Positions 39,028-50,777 are shown, counted from the stretch's first letter. The stretch: DNA of 64,000 bases from an uncultured delta proteobacterium (GCA_963752595.1 CAVVYZ010000020.1:96001-160000); one strand, 5' to 3'. A program made the numbers and translations. The notes: generated by a model from the sequence alone, not told the origin.

Positions 39028-40003
39028 TCAGCTCGCCCGTATCCTCGGGTCGGCCACGCTGTAGGCAATGTCCGCGATGAGGTTGCCCAGCAGCGTCAGT
39101 ACGGCGCCGATGGTGAGGCTTCCCATGATCAGGTTGTAGTCGCGCATCATGATTGCCTCATAGAACAGCTTGCCCAGGCCCGGTATGGAGAAGATGCTCT
39201 CGAAGATGACGCTGCCGCCGATGAGCCCGGGCACGGAGAGGCCCAGGATCGTGATGACCGGAAGCAGGGCGTTGCGCATGGCGTGCTTGTAGATCACGGT
39301 CCGCTCGGGCAGGCCCTTGGCGCGGGCGGTCAGGATGTAGTCCTGCCGGATGATCTCGAGCATGCTCGAGCGCATGTAGCGGCTCATGCCCGCCAGCGAC
39401 CCGAAGGCGGAGATGACCACGGGCAGGATGAGGTGCCGCGACGAGGTCCCAGACCTGGCCGAAGGCACTCAGGTGCTCGTATCCCGAGGAATGGATGCCC
39501 GAGATGGGAAGCCACCCGAGCCGCACCCCCAGGAGATCCATGCAGATGAGCGCGAGCCAGAAGCTCGGCACGGAAAAGCCGATGAACACGAACACCGTGA
39601 TGGCCCGGTCGAGGATGCTGCCCCGGCTGACGGCCGAGATCACGCCCAGCGGGATGGCCACCAGGAAGATGAGGATCATGGAGGAGATGTTGATGGAGAT
39701 GGTGATGGGCAGCCGCTCCTTGATCTTGTCCCACACGGGCCGGGCGTCCGACGAGATGGAGTTGCCGAAATCCAGCCTTGCCAGGCTCTTCATCCAGAGG
39801 AAGTACTGGACCGTGAGCGGCTTGTCCAGGCCGTAGTGGTGCTTGAGCTGCTCGATGGCCTGGGGCGTGATGTTCGGGTTGAGCTCGGCCTGCATGCCCG
39901 TGGGCTCGCCGGGCGCCAGGTGGATGACCGCGAAGCACACGATGGTGATGCCGATGAACGTGGGGATGAGGATGGCGAGGCGTTTCAGCAGATACTTCAG
40001 CAT
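39028..40003 (-). CDS. oppB: Peptide ABC transporter permease (OppB/DppB), one frameshift
   Basis: [33 protein letters not shown]. Confidence 0.9.
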
Positions 40004-40023
40004 CTCGTTTCCGGTCTCAACAT

Positions 40024-41674
40024 TTAAGGCACTACGTGGTACTTCTGCTGGTCCTTGGGCACGTACCACTTCTCGAGGTTGTACGTGATGCCGGCAGGGG
40101 CGGTCTTGATGCCCTGGATACGGGAGCTCACCGCGGGCAGGCTGTACGGCACGTAGAGGAACACGTACGGCTGCTCGTCGGCCAGGATCTCCTGGATGCG
40201 GAAGTAGGCTTTCTTGCGTTCTTCGTCGTTGAAGGTCTGCCTGCCGTCCACGAGGAGCTTGTCTACCTCGGCGTTTTTATATCCTACGAAATTGAGACCG
40301 CCCGGGCACCGCATTGCTCGAATGCCACACGTTGAAGATGTCCGGGTCCTGGAGGATGTTCCAGCCGAGGATCACGGCATCGAAGTTGAACTTGTCCACG
40401 TACTCCTTGAGAAACACGGTCCACTCCATGATGCGGATCTTTACCGGGATGCCCACGGCCTTGAGCCGCTCCTGGATGATCTGGGCCGTCTTTTCGCGCA
40501 GCGGGTTGCCCTGGTTCGTGATGATGGTGAACGAAAGCGGTTTGCCGTCCTTTTCCACGATGCCGTCTTTGTTGCGGTCTTCGTACCCCGCTTCCTTGAG
40601 CAGGGCACGGGCCTTTACCGGGTTGTAAGTATAGCGCCTGACCTGTGTGTCGTACCACTTGGTTCCCGGCTTGTACGGGCCGATGGCCTCATCGCCCAGG
40701 CCCATGAGTACGCCCTTGATGATCTCCTGCTTGTCGATGGCATAGGCGAATGCCTGCCTCACGCGGATGTCGTTGAAGGGCGGCTTGGTGAGATTGAAGC
40801 CCAGGAAGGTGTAGCCGTCGGCGAGGTACTTGTACTTGGTGTACTTCCGGTTGAAGTCAGGGGTGCTGGTCTGCCTGAGGTACTGCAGCGGGGTGAGTCC
40901 CATAAAGTCGATATTGCCTGCTTTCAGCTCCATGAACTCGGTGTTCTGGTCCGGGATGACGCGGTAGAGGATGCCCATGAGCGGGGACCGGCTGTCGAAG
41001 TAGCGATCAAAGGACTGGAGCACGATCCTGTTTCCGGTCTCCCAGGTCTTGAACTTGAAGGGGCCGGTGCCCACCGGTTTCCGCGAGAGCTGGGACTTGG
41101 AGATGTCCTTGCCCTTGAGCAGGTGCTCGGGCAGCATCTGCAACGCACCCCAGCTGATGAGCGCAGGGGCCAGGGGCTTGTCGTAGGTGAACTCGATCGT
41201 GTAGTCGTCGATGATCCTGGCTTCCTTGACAAGCTTGTACTTGTCCGCATAGGCGGTGGGCGTCTTGGGGTCGATGATGAGCTTGTAGGTGAACATGACG
41301 TCGTTCGCAGTGAATTTCTCGCCGTCATGCCAGAACACATTATTGCGCAGGTGGAAGCGGATAAGCTTGCCGTCGTTCTCGATATCCCAAGAACTGGCCA
41401 GGTCGGGCACGATGTTGTAGTCCTTGTCGTACTTCACGAGCCCGTTGTAGATGAAGCCCGCCACCTCGTGGGACGATGCGTCGGTTGCGAGCATGGGGAT
41501 GAGGTTCGAGGCATCGCCTATGGACGACTGCACCAGGATGTCGCCGGGAACGGGGTTTTCATCCACGGCAGCGTTTTTGGCCGGGATCTGCTCCTTGTTA
41601 TTCTCTTTCGAGCATGCTACTATGCTCAATACAACGAATACCAACGCAATAATGACATATGTGCTTTTTTTCAT
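40024..41674 (-). CDS. oppA: Peptide ABC transporter substrate-binding lipoprotein, one frameshift
   Basis: IVAC lipobox, PDLASSW, WHDGEKFTANDV, PVGTGPF. Confidence 0.9.
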
Positions 41675-41763
41675 AATGCGGTGAACGATAGCAGAACAGA
41701 GAGTGAAGGACAAGGTGACAGTTGCCTCCGCGTTGAAAATATCCAAGATGAGAATCTAAGCGC

Positions 41764-44700
41764 ATGAAATTCTTTGCAGACCTCCACATCCATTCCCGGT
41801 TTTCCCGGGCGACGAGCAAGAGCCTCACGATAAGCGCCCTGGCAAGGGGAGCTTTGAAGAAAGGCATCACCGTGCTCGGCACGGGCGACCTTACCCACCC
41901 GGCCTGGATCGAGGAGATCGAGGCAGAGCTTGCCGAAGCCGAGCCCGGGCTCTTCAAGCTCAGAAGCGGGGCGGAGCCCGTGCGGTTCGTGCTCACGGGC
42001 GAGATCAGCACCATCTACAAGCAGGGGGACAAGGTGCGCAAGGTCCACCACCTCATAGCAGCGCCCGATCTCGCAACTGCCCGGAAGATCTCCACGTCCC
42101 TTGCACGCGTGGGCAACATCCTTTCGGACGGCAGGCCCATCCTCGGGATCACCTCGCGCAACCTGCTGGAGATCGTGCTCGATGCAAGCGAGAAAGCCAT
42201 GCTCATCCCGGCGCATATCTGGACGCCGTGGTTCTCGGTCCTGGGCTCCAAGTCCGGGTTCGACACCATCGAAGAGTGCTACGGCGACCTCGCGAAGCAT
42301 ATCTTTGCCGCAGAGACAGGCCTGTCATCGGACCCGCCCATGAACTGGATGGTCGGCAGCCTCGACAAGTATCATCTGATCTCGAACTCCGATGCCCATT
42401 CCGCGGAAAAGCTCGGCAGGGAGGCCACGATCTTCGATTGCGGGCTCGACTACTTTGCCATGCGCCATGCCCTGGAAAGCGGCGACGGGCTGAACGGCAC
42501 TATCGAGTTCTTCCCAGAAGAGGGCAAGTATCACCAAGACGGCCACCGCGACTGCAACGTCATCCTGACCCCGGAAGAGACCAGGGAGCTTGGCGGCATC
42601 TGCCCGGTATGCGGGAAAAAGCTTACGGTGGGGGTCTTGAGCCGGGTGGAAGAGCTTGCCGATCGTCACGACGGCTCACGGCCGCAGAGCGCACGCCCCT
42701 TCCACTCGCTTATCCCGCTTGTGGAGATCCTGGGCGAGATCATGCAGACAGGCAGCACTTCCAAGAAGGTGGGCGAGGCATATGAGAGCCTGATCGCAAA
42801 GCTCGGGGGCGAGCTGCCCCTGCTCCTGGATGTCGATGCGGACGAGATCCGCGCCGTAGCGGGCGAGACCCTGGCGCTTGCGATCACCCGCATGCGGCAG
42901 GGCCGGGTCCACAAGGAAGCGGGCTACGACGGCGTATTCGGCCGCATACGGGTATTCCGCGACAACGAAGAGGACATGCTCTTCAGCGGCGACCTTTTCG
43001 GAAAGCCCCTTGGCCGGGTAAAAAAAAAGCAAAAAGCCGAACTTGAGCAGGAGAAAGAAGCACTCCTGCCTCAGATCAGACTGAACCAAGCCCAGGAGGA
43101 AGTCATTTCCTTTGACGAAGGCGTCCTCGTGGTCAGGGCAGGGCCCGGGACCGGCAAGACCAGGGCTCTTGTGGAGCGCATCGGGTCGCTTCTGGAGAAG
43201 GGCCGGACATCCATCCTCGCGATCACCTTCACCACCAGGGCCGCCGAAGAGATCAGAGAGCGGCTGGGACGGGAGGATATCGACGTATACACCTTCCATG
43301 CCCTGGCAGCCGGGATACTGCGTGAGAACGGAGCCGAATTCCGCATAGCGGATGAAGATGCTATTGCCGGGCTGGCCTCCGGATGGGGCTTCGACTTTCC
43401 AGGCTCATCGATTGACGGCATGCTCCTCAGGCTGAGCACGAACAAGCCCCTTGAGCAGAGCGAAATGCACCTGCTGGGCACGCTGCGGGATCATGGATAT
43501 CTCACTTATGAGGGCATGATCGGTGAAGCGGCACACCTCATCGAACAGGGTGGATACACCCCGGCGTGGGACCACATCATGGTCGATGAGTTCCAGGACA
43601 TCAATCCCCTTCAGTACGGATTCCTCAAGCTTTTAAGCATGCGAGCAGGAAGCCTGATGGTCATCGGAGATCCGAGCCAGGCCATTTACGGCTTCCGGGG
43701 CAGCTCCCCTGCAAGCTTCGAAGACTTTCTTGCCGGTCATGCTCCTGCACGGTCCGTAGCCCTGACGCAGACATACCGGTTCGGCAGTCACATCGCAAAG
43801 GCATCCAATGCATTCATCGGGCATGAGGCGGTGGAGAGCTTCTGCAAGGGACTCCCCGTACGGCTCGTGCACACCGGGGATAGTGCGGGGTTCATCGCGA
43901 CCGAGATCGAATCGCTTGCAGGAGGCTTGAGCCACAGGGCAGTCGGCAAGGCAAAGGCCGATTATGCGTTGAGCGACATTGCCGTCATCGTGCGGAGCAG
44001 GCAGCAGGCCGGACCGGTGATGGAAGCTTTGACCAGGGCCTCCATCCCCTTTGATACTGCGTATGCAAAGGCGCTGGCAGCAATGAACGGCGTGTCCCAG
44101 CGTGCAGCCCTTCTGGAGAGGCAGGACTGGCAGATCCTGGTCAAGGGGGTAGGGGAGCGGTCGAAGGAGAAGCTCGAACACGGGGCACTTGCCGACCCTG
44201 TGCTCTCGGGCAGGATCGACAGGGCAGGCGCCCTGCTGGCAGGGCTCGATGGGCCGGTAGCGGAGCGCATTGCGGCCCTGGAGGAATCCGGCCTGTTCAA
44301 GCTGCCCGAGCTTCCGAAAGACCATGCCTTTTACCGTTATGCACGCATGTTCGGCGAAGATGCCGACGGGTTCATCGGCTTCCTGCGGCTCAGCAACGAC
44401 CAGGGGGCGCTCACCGGGGAAAAGGTGCGCATCCTGACTGCCCATGCCGCGAAAGGCCTGGAGTTCAAGTGCGTCTTCATCGCAGGCCTGTCCGAGGGGG
44501 CCTTCCCCATGGCAGGGCAGGATCTCACCGAGGAGAGGAACCTTTTCTACGTTGCCATGACCAGGGCAGAAGAACTCCTCTACCTCGTCTGTCCGCCGGC
44601 CTCGCCTTCTTCCTTTATTGCAGAGGTGCCGCAGGAGTGCTGCTCGCTCATCGAAAAGAAGAAAAAGGCACGGTCCGGGCAGATGCTCCTGTTTGAATAA
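41764..44700 (+). CDS. Endonuclease Q-like PHP domain fused to UvrD/Rep helicase
   Basis: DLHIHSRFSRATS, NSDAHS, CPVCG, then AGPGTGKT, VDEFQD, TAHAAKGLEF, FYVAMTRA. Confidence 0.9.
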   Translation: MKFFADLHIHSRFSRATSKSLTISALARGALKKGITVLGTGDLTHPAWIEEIEAELAEAEPGLFKLRSGAEPVRFVLTGEISTIYKQGDKVRKVHHLIAAPDLATARKISTSLARVGNILSDGRPILGITSRNLLEIVLDASEKAMLIPAHIWTPWFSVLGSKSGFDTIEECYGDLAKHIFAAETGLSSDPPMNWMVGSLDKYHLISNSDAHSAEKLGREATIFDCGLDYFAMRHALESGDGLNGTIEFFPEEGKYHQDGHRDCNVILTPEETRELGGICPVCGKKLTVGVLSRVEELADRHDGSRPQSARPFHSLIPLVEILGEIMQTGSTSKKVGEAYESLIAKLGGELPLLLDVDADEIRAVAGETLALAITRMRQGRVHKEAGYDGVFGRIRVFRDNEEDMLFSGDLFGKPLGRVKKKQKAELEQEKEALLPQIRLNQAQEEVISFDEGVLVVRAGPGTGKTRALVERIGSLLEKGRTSILAITFTTRAAEEIRERLGREDIDVYTFHALAAGILRENGAEFRIADEDAIAGLASGWGFDFPGSSIDGMLLRLSTNKPLEQSEMHLLGTLRDHGYLTYEGMIGEAAHLIEQGGYTPAWDHIMVDEFQDINPLQYGFLKLLSMRAGSLMVIGDPSQAIYGFRGSSPASFEDFLAGHAPARSVALTQTYRFGSHIAKASNAFIGHEAVESFCKGLPVRLVHTGDSAGFIATEIESLAGGLSHRAVGKAKADYALSDIAVIVRSRQQAGPVMEALTRASIPFDTAYAKALAAMNGVSQRAALLERQDWQILVKGVGERSKEKLEHGALADPVLSGRIDRAGALLAGLDGPVAERIAALEESGLFKLPELPKDHAFYRYARMFGEDADGFIGFLRLSNDQGALTGEKVRILTAHAAKGLEFKCVFIAGLSEGAFPMAGQDLTEERNLFYVAMTRAEELLYLVCPPASPSSFIAEVPQECCSLIEKKKKARSGQMLLFE

Positions 44701-44833
44701 TAAATAAGGATATGGGGCTTGCGCCTGCAGCCTGTTTGACATTGATCTGGATATTTTCTTGCGTCCATAGTAATGTTCATATGTTGAATCCCTTGAACAG
44801 TGCAGAGGAGGAAAACGGAGGAACAGTGGTTCG

Positions 44834-46093
44834 ATGAGTTTCGGTACCAGAGAAATCGTCTATGCGGTTATTCTTTTCATAACCATCCTGCTTTCAGCAT
44901 TCTTCGCGGCAGGCGAGATAGCATTCATGCGCGCCAACCGGTTCAGGATCCGGCACCTCGTTGAGAAAGGCGACAAGGAAGCGATGCGTGTCGAATCGAT
45001 CCTCAAGGACCCCGACCGCCTTATCAGTTCGATCCTTCTCGGGAATAACTTTGTCAATATCCTCGGCTCCGGCCTTGCCACTGCGCTCTTCATGGTGTTT
45101 TTCGGTGAAGAAGGAATCCTGTACGCGTCATTGGCCATGACCGTGATCCTGCTTATTTTCGCTGAAATTGCCCCGAAGACCATTGCGGCATACCGGGCGG
45201 ATGAGCTGTCCATGATATTTTCCACGCCGGTAAATCTTGTGATCAAGTTGCTCGGACCGGTCGCCCATGTTATGGCCCTTGTCTCCCGTGGGCTCTTATC
45301 GCTCTTCCGCTTCAAGCCGGGAGAGCTCAACAAGCTTACGGAAGAAGACGTGGAATCGGTCATCACCATGGGCCACAAGGAAGGGTTCATCCAGGAGCCC
45401 AAGGCAAAGATGCTCGTCGCCATCATGGACATGGACACGGTGCCGGTGAAGAAGATCATGATTCCGCTTACCGATATGGAGTTCGTCCCTTTGGACAGCT
45501 CGTTCGAGGATGTCGTGAAGGTCATTGCCACGAGAAACCACAGCCGGTATCCGGTCTACGAAGAAGACAGGGACAACATCGTGGGATATCTCCACATCAG
45601 GGACGTCTGGCGCTTTCTTGATGACCGGCAGCATTTCCGTGTCAGGGACTGCATGCGTGAGGCATTCTTCATCCCGGAGACAAAGCCCATCCTCAAACAG
45701 CTCATCGATTTCCAGAAGAAGCGACTGCATATAGCGTTCATCGTCGATGAATATGGGACCGTAAAGGGGGGTATCACCCTGGAGGACATCATCGAAGAGA
45801 TCACCGGGGATATCATCGACGAGCACGATACTGTCCTCGCCCATGTCATCCCGCTGGGAGACAGGAGCTACGTCGTCACCGGCAACATCGGCCTGAGAGA
45901 CCTGGGAAGGTATATCGGCCGGGAATTCCCCGAGGAATACGACACCCTCTCAGGGCTTATCTACGAGCTGTTCGACCGCATCCCGGAAGAGGGTGACAAG
46001 ATATCCTGGCAGGACATGCAGTTCAGGGTGGAGCGCATGAGGGGCAACAGCGTATTGCGCGTCCGGATCACGCTCAAAGAAGAAGAGCAATAA
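44834..46093 (+). CDS. HlyC/CorC (CNNM) family transporter
   Basis: DUF21 domain (SAFFAAGE, EIAPK), CBS pair, VDEYG...TLEDIIEEI, CorC C-terminus. Confidence 0.92.
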   Translation: MSFGTREIVYAVILFITILLSAFFAAGEIAFMRANRFRIRHLVEKGDKEAMRVESILKDPDRLISSILLGNNFVNILGSGLATALFMVFFGEEGILYASLAMTVILLIFAEIAPKTIAAYRADELSMIFSTPVNLVIKLLGPVAHVMALVSRGLLSLFRFKPGELNKLTEEDVESVITMGHKEGFIQEPKAKMLVAIMDMDTVPVKKIMIPLTDMEFVPLDSSFEDVVKVIATRNHSRYPVYEEDRDNIVGYLHIRDVWRFLDDRQHFRVRDCMREAFFIPETKPILKQLIDFQKKRLHIAFIVDEYGTVKGGITLEDIIEEITGDIIDEHDTVLAHVIPLGDRSYVVTGNIGLRDLGRYIGREFPEEYDTLSGLIYELFDRIPEEGDKISWQDMQFRVERMRGNSVLRVRITLKEEEQ

Positions 46094-46342
46094 AAAATAT
46101 TCAGCAGTTGGAAGTACATCCGATAGCCGGATGGGAAAAAGTAAAAAAATGCTGGTAGTTCCCACTGGAGAAGCTGGAAAAGGTTGTTATTATCAACTTT
46201 GAGAACAATGCTTTTATTCAGCAGGAAACGATTGGTTCAGCCTGATATTCATCACATATAATTCCTTGTGAATCTTATCTTTGGATCATAGGTGGAGTGA
46301 AAAAAATACCAATCCTTTTATTTTACTGTGGAGGTATATACT

Positions 46343-47062
46343 ATGTTAAGTGCAGCGAGAATTTATTGGTTGATTTTGCTGCTTCTGTTCTTTTCGGGAG
46401 CTCCGGCCTATGCCCTGACCATAGAGAGCGCTTCGGGCATGTGGCTTAATCCCGCAACCGATGGGGTTTCCAGCTGCGTGGGGTATGCTTCGGCTCCTGT
46501 TGCATACGGCTCGGGAACGGAGAATCGGGTTCTTTGGGGCAGCTCGGCCGGTTCATATCATAGTGCTCTCGGCTTTACCGGAACAGCCGGACAATCGTTT
46601 GATGCGGGAGAAGCCTTCGAAATAGGCCGGTTGCAACATATCAATTTCCCCACGTACATTGGGAGCGGGATCAGCGGGGTCGATTTGCTGCTGACTCTGG
46701 CGTTCGCTAACCCGGTCGGGCTTGCGGGAGATTACGATTTCCGTTTTACCATATATAATACCCCGAATGCCGCAACCGGGAACCCTTTTGATGATTACAT
46801 TTACTTCCCTGCCTTTTTTGCTCGGCAAACGTACAATATCAGCGGCATCGCGTACACCCTGGAGCTTCTCGGATTCGGGCCGGATTCGTTGAATCCCGTC
46901 ACTCAGCTAAAGACGCCTGAAAACGGCTCGAGCAGTACGAAGTTGTGGGGAAGGATTACCGAGATTCCTAATGGCAGCACCGTACCGGAGCCCGCAACGA
47001 TGCTTCTGCTGGGGTCGGGGCTTTTAGGGCTCGCGATGGCAGGGAGAAGATGGGGAAAATAG
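46343..47062 (+). CDS. PEP-CTERM surface protein
   Basis: Signal peptide; C-terminal VPEPATMLLLGSGLLGLAMAGRR. Confidence 0.9.
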   Translation: MLSAARIYWLILLLLFFSGAPAYALTIESASGMWLNPATDGVSSCVGYASAPVAYGSGTENRVLWGSSAGSYHSALGFTGTAGQSFDAGEAFEIGRLQHINFPTYIGSGISGVDLLLTLAFANPVGLAGDYDFRFTIYNTPNAATGNPFDDYIYFPAFFARQTYNISGIAYTLELLGFGPDSLNPVTQLKTPENGSSSTKLWGRITEIPNGSTVPEPATMLLLGSGLLGLAMAGRRWGK

Positions 47063-47077
47063 ATCTTGGGGAAGAAG

Positions 47078-47758
47078 CTATATCTTAACCGGGTGCTTCT
47101 TTTCCAGTGCCAGTGTTGCATCCGAAGAACGGACATAAAGAGGCAGCGCAGGCTGCAAGGTCCCCAGGGACAGATCTGAAAGCGCCATACGGCCGATCAC
47201 CGATGCCCTGGGGTACCAGAGATGGACCGGCCCTTCGATATAGTTTTTCCCGAGAATGCGGGAGAGCGTTTCACGGTAGAGGGGGATGCCGTTCCCGATA
47301 AAGAGGGTTTCGGTATCGATAATTTCACTCAATTCTTCCGGCTTGACGTTCACGGGGGAGGTAAGGGGCGCGCCAACAGGAGAGAAGAGCCGGCAGAAGA
47401 CCTCGGATTTCCTCGCATCGATAACCGGCATGACGGGAATGGACGAAGGCAGAGCGCCCTGTGCCAGTGCATCGAGGGTGTTCACCCCTGCAAGGCGGCA
47501 GTTCAAAGCAAGACAAAGGCCTTTTGCAGTGGCAATTCCGATCCTGATCCCGGTAAACGACCCCGGGCCTATCCCTACGGCAATCAGATCGATATCTTCC
47601 TTGGAATACGGGCTTAAACGGAAAAGCGTATCGATTACGGGAAGCAGGCTTCCCGCATGGCCGGTCCTTACCGGGATGGTGATCTCATAGCTGGGGCCTT
47701 TCTCGCCTATGAGCGCAACCGAACAGGCATCCGTGGAGGTGTCGAGCGCGAGGATCAC
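47078..47758 (-). CDS. tsaB: tRNA threonylcarbamoyladenosine biosynthesis protein TsaB
   Basis: ILALDTST, GPGSFTGIRIG, IDARKSEV. Confidence 0.95.
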   Translation of the reverse strand: MILALDTSTDACSVALIGEKGPSYEITIPVRTGHAGSLLPVIDTLFRLSPYSKEDIDLIAVGIGPGSFTGIRIGIATAKGLCLALNCRLAGVNTLDALAQGALPSSIPVMPVIDARKSEVFCRLFSPVGAPLTSPVNVKPEELSEIIDTETLFIGNGIPLYRETLSRILGKNYIEGPVHLWYPRASVIGRMALSDLSLGTLQPALPLYVRSSDATLALEKKHPVKI

Positions 47759-47763
47759 GGATG

Positions 47764-48843
47764 CTATCCTCCCTGGAACAGTCTTGAAACATCGTTATAC
47801 AGGGCGAGCATCATCAGGAGGATGAGAAGGAACAGCCCGATCTGCTGGGCGATCTCCCGCGGCCTGTCCCGTAAAGGCCTGCCGAGGGCGGCCTCGATCC
47901 CGAAGAGCATGATGTGCCCGCCGTCGAGTACGGGGATGGGGAGCAGGTTGATGAGAAAGAGATTGATGCTGATGAATGCGATCATGGAAAAGAACGGCAT
48001 CACGCCCGCCCGGAAGGTTTCGCCCGAGACCTGGGCAATGAGGATGGGTCCTCCGAGGCTCTTTTTGACATCGACCGAGCCGTTGATCATCTTCCAGACC
48101 CCGATGCCGGTGAGCTTGATGACCTGCCAGCTCTGGGTGAACCCGTAACCGAAGCCCCCGATCAGACCCATCTTTTCCTCTACAATCTTATCCGTGCGGG
48201 TAATGCCGATCACGGCCCGGTTGATCTCTTCTCCGAAAATGTTGGTCCCCTTGGTCATGATCGGGCTTACATGTGCCGTGAACTGGGTGCTGTCCCGCTC
48301 GATGATGATTTCGAAACGGTCCTTCGGGGTTGCGCCCTCCATGAGGAGGGGGATCTCATCCCAGGATTTCACCGGTTTGCCCTGGATGGAGACGATGGTG
48401 TCTGCGGCCTTCAAGCCGGACTTGTCTGCAGGAGAGTCCTTGAGCACGCTTCCTATGATCGGGGGAAACGTCGGGATTCCTGTCCAGGCAATGAGCATAT
48501 AGATGAGGATCGCCAGCAGGAGGTTGAATACCGGGCCTGCGACAACGATCGCCGAACGGGCGCGCAGGCTCTTCTTTGAAAAGGACCGGCGCGGGTCCAT
48601 GGGAGAAAGCCTGCTCTCCTCATCGGATGGATCTTCGCCGAGCATTTTCACGTATCCGCCCAGGGGTACAACGGCGAGCCGGTATTCCGTCTCACCGATG
48701 CGCTTTTTTATGAGAGCCGGGCCGAAGCCCAGAGAGAATTTCAGCACCCCTACGCCGTTTAATTTTGCCAGGATAAAATGTCCGAGCTCATGGATGAATA
48801 TCAGGATTCCCAGTACGATGATAAAAGCGAAAATGGTTGTCAT
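47764..48843 (-). CDS. rseP: RIP metalloprotease RseP
   Basis: HELGH, PDZ domain, NLLPIPVLDGG. Confidence 0.95.
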   Translation of the reverse strand: MTTIFAFIIVLGILIFIHELGHFILAKLNGVGVLKFSLGFGPALIKKRIGETEYRLAVVPLGGYVKMLGEDPSDEESRLSPMDPRRSFSKKSLRARSAIVVAGPVFNLLLAILIYMLIAWTGIPTFPPIIGSVLKDSPADKSGLKAADTIVSIQGKPVKSWDEIPLLMEGATPKDRFEIIIERDSTQFTAHVSPIMTKGTNIFGEEINRAVIGITRTDKIVEEKMGLIGGFGYGFTQSWQVIKLTGIGVWKMINGSVDVKKSLGGPILIAQVSGETFRAGVMPFFSMIAFISINLFLINLLPIPVLDGGHIMLFGIEAALGRPLRDRPREIAQQIGLFLLILLMMLALYNDVSRLFQGG

Positions 48844-49967
48844 GATAATAAATTCTCCGCGATGAATCTTGATTTTGTATCGAGTTCTATCAAATCAGCC
48901 GGTGACTCTACCTTTGAACCGGCAAGTTTGTCCATAGTTTTCGATGCGATGTCGATTATCTGATCGAATCTGATGCGGCCTTTCAGGAAACCTTCGACGG
49001 CAGTCTCATCCGCGGCGTTCATGATGCACGGCAGTACCTTGGGATCTTCCATGGCAGACCGGGCAAGCTTGAGTGCGGGGAATTTCTCCTCATCAGGTTT
49101 GAAGAACTCGAGTTTTACCATATCTTTCATTATCAACGGCTTCAGACCGAGGCTCATTCTCCGCGGCCAGGAAAGCGCATAGGCAATGGGGATGCGCATA
49201 TCGGGAATCCCCATCTGTGCCTTGATGCTCATGTCCCGGAACTCAACCATGGAATGAATGATGCTCTGGGGATGGACCACGACCTCGATCAGGGGCAAGG
49301 CCACGCCGAAGAGCCAGTGGGCCTCAATGATTTCGAGTCCTTTGTTCATCATGGTTGCCGAATCGATGGTGATTCTAGATCCCATGGACCAGGTGGGATG
49401 GTTCAAAGCCTCCCCAGGCGTGATATCGGCAAAGGTCTCTTTCGGCCTCGTGCGGAAAGGGCCTCCCGAGGCAGTGAGGATGATGCGGCTGATCTCTTTG
49501 CTGTCTTCGCCTGCAAGGCACTGGAAAACCGCCGAGTGCTCCGAATCGACCGGGATGATCCGGGCACCGGAGGCGGCAGCCTCTTCGCTCATGAACGCCC
49601 CGCCGATCACCAGGGATTCCTTGTTGGCCAGCGCCAGGACGGAACCCTGACGGATCGCTTCCAGCGAGGGAAGAAATCCGGCGGCGCCCGAGATCCCGTT
49701 CACCACGAAATCGGGCCTGGCCGCTGTGATGAGTTCCGAGGCCGCGTTCTTTCCCCACAGGACATCACTGCCTTTGAGATCTAAGGGAGGTTCGCAGCCC
49801 AGGGCGAGGAGCTTCACGCCGAATTCCGCCGCCTGATCTTTAAGCTCTTTTGCATTCGTGCCCGCAGATAATCCGACGACAGCGAATTCCCCGGGGTTCC
49901 GTGCGAGGACATCAAGGGTAGAGCGGCCGATGGAGCCTGTTGATCCGAGAACAACGACCGTCTTCAT
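48840..49967 (-). CDS. dxr: 1-deoxy-D-xylulose-5-phosphate reductoisomerase
   Basis: LGSTGSIG, LANKESL, PVDSEH, HPTWSMG, NKGLE. Confidence 0.97.
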   Translation of the reverse strand: MKTVVVLGSTGSIGRSTLDVLARNPGEFAVVGLSAGTNAKELKDQAAEFGVKLLALGCEPPLDLKGSDVLWGKNAASELITAARPDFVVNGISGAAGFLPSLEAIRQGSVLALANKESLVIGGAFMSEEAAASGARIIPVDSEHSAVFQCLAGEDSKEISRIILTASGGPFRTRPKETFADITPGEALNHPTWSMGSRITIDSATMMNKGLEIIEAHWLFGVALPLIEVVVHPQSIIHSMVEFRDMSIKAQMGIPDMRIPIAYALSWPRRMSLGLKPLIMKDMVKLEFFKPDEEKFPALKLARSAMEDPKVLPCIMNAADETAVEGFLKGRIRFDQIIDIASKTMDKLAGSKVESPADLIELDTKSRFIAENLLS

Positions 49968-50777
49968 TTACCGGATTACCTGGATGGCGAAATAGAGGAA
50001 GATACCCACCGGGATGATTCCGTCCATGCGGTCGAGCATGCCGCCATGGCCCGGGATCAGATTTCCCATGTCCTTGACCTGGAACTGTCTCTTGTATAGC
50101 GATGCGCTCAAGTCACCCGAGAGGTCCAGCAGGCTGATGGCTCCGGCCATGATCGGGACGGCCCACAGCGGGCAGGGCAGTTCGAGGGGCAGGAAACGGT
50201 TGTAGAGAATATAGAACAGGCTTCCCGCTAGGATGCTCGTTGCCATGCCTCCGAAGAGGCCTTCGACGGTTTTCTTGGGGCTTAAATTCGGCACGAGGGC
50301 ATGCCTGCCGAAATTCTTCCCGGTATAATATGCGCCGGTATCCGCCCCGAAGGTGCATATGAGCCCGAAAATCATCCAGAACCTGCCGTCGATGTCGTTC
50401 CGCAGCAGGACCCAGAAGCTCAAAAGGGCCAGGGGATAGATGAGCCCGGAAATGGCGAGATTGATGTCCATGGCCGAGGCCTTTCCCTTCTCGAAAAGGA
50501 AGAGCCCCGCTGCCATCATGATGAGGCTCAATCCGCAGATCAGGAAGAACGAGAGGGCGAGATTATTCATATATATAGTATAGAGGTATGGCAATGAGCC
50601 GACCATGCCTATCCGGCTCAAGAGTTTCGCGTTTTCCCCGAGCCCGACGCGATACAGCTCGTAGAGGCAGGTCGGAAGGACGATGAGTGCAATGATGAAT
50701 AAAGCTGATGGCGGCCCTAAAACTGCAGGTACGGCAAAGATGATGAGAAGGATAGCGGCGCCGAAGATACGCATCAT
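49968..50777 (-). CDS. cdsA: Phosphatidate cytidylyltransferase
   Basis: SPKKTVEG, KDMGNLIPGHGGMLDRMD. Confidence 0.95.
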   Translation of the reverse strand: MMRIFGAAILLIIFAVPAVLGPPSALFIIALIVLPTCLYELYRVGLGENAKLLSRIGMVGSLPYLYTIYMNNLALSFFLICGLSLIMMAAGLFLFEKGKASAMDINLAISGLIYPLALLSFWVLLRNDIDGRFWMIFGLICTFGADTGAYYTGKNFGRHALVPNLSPKKTVEGLFGGMATSILAGSLFYILYNRFLPLELPCPLWAVPIMAGAISLLDLSGDLSASLYKRQFQVKDMGNLIPGHGGMLDRMDGIIPVGIFLYFAIQVIR

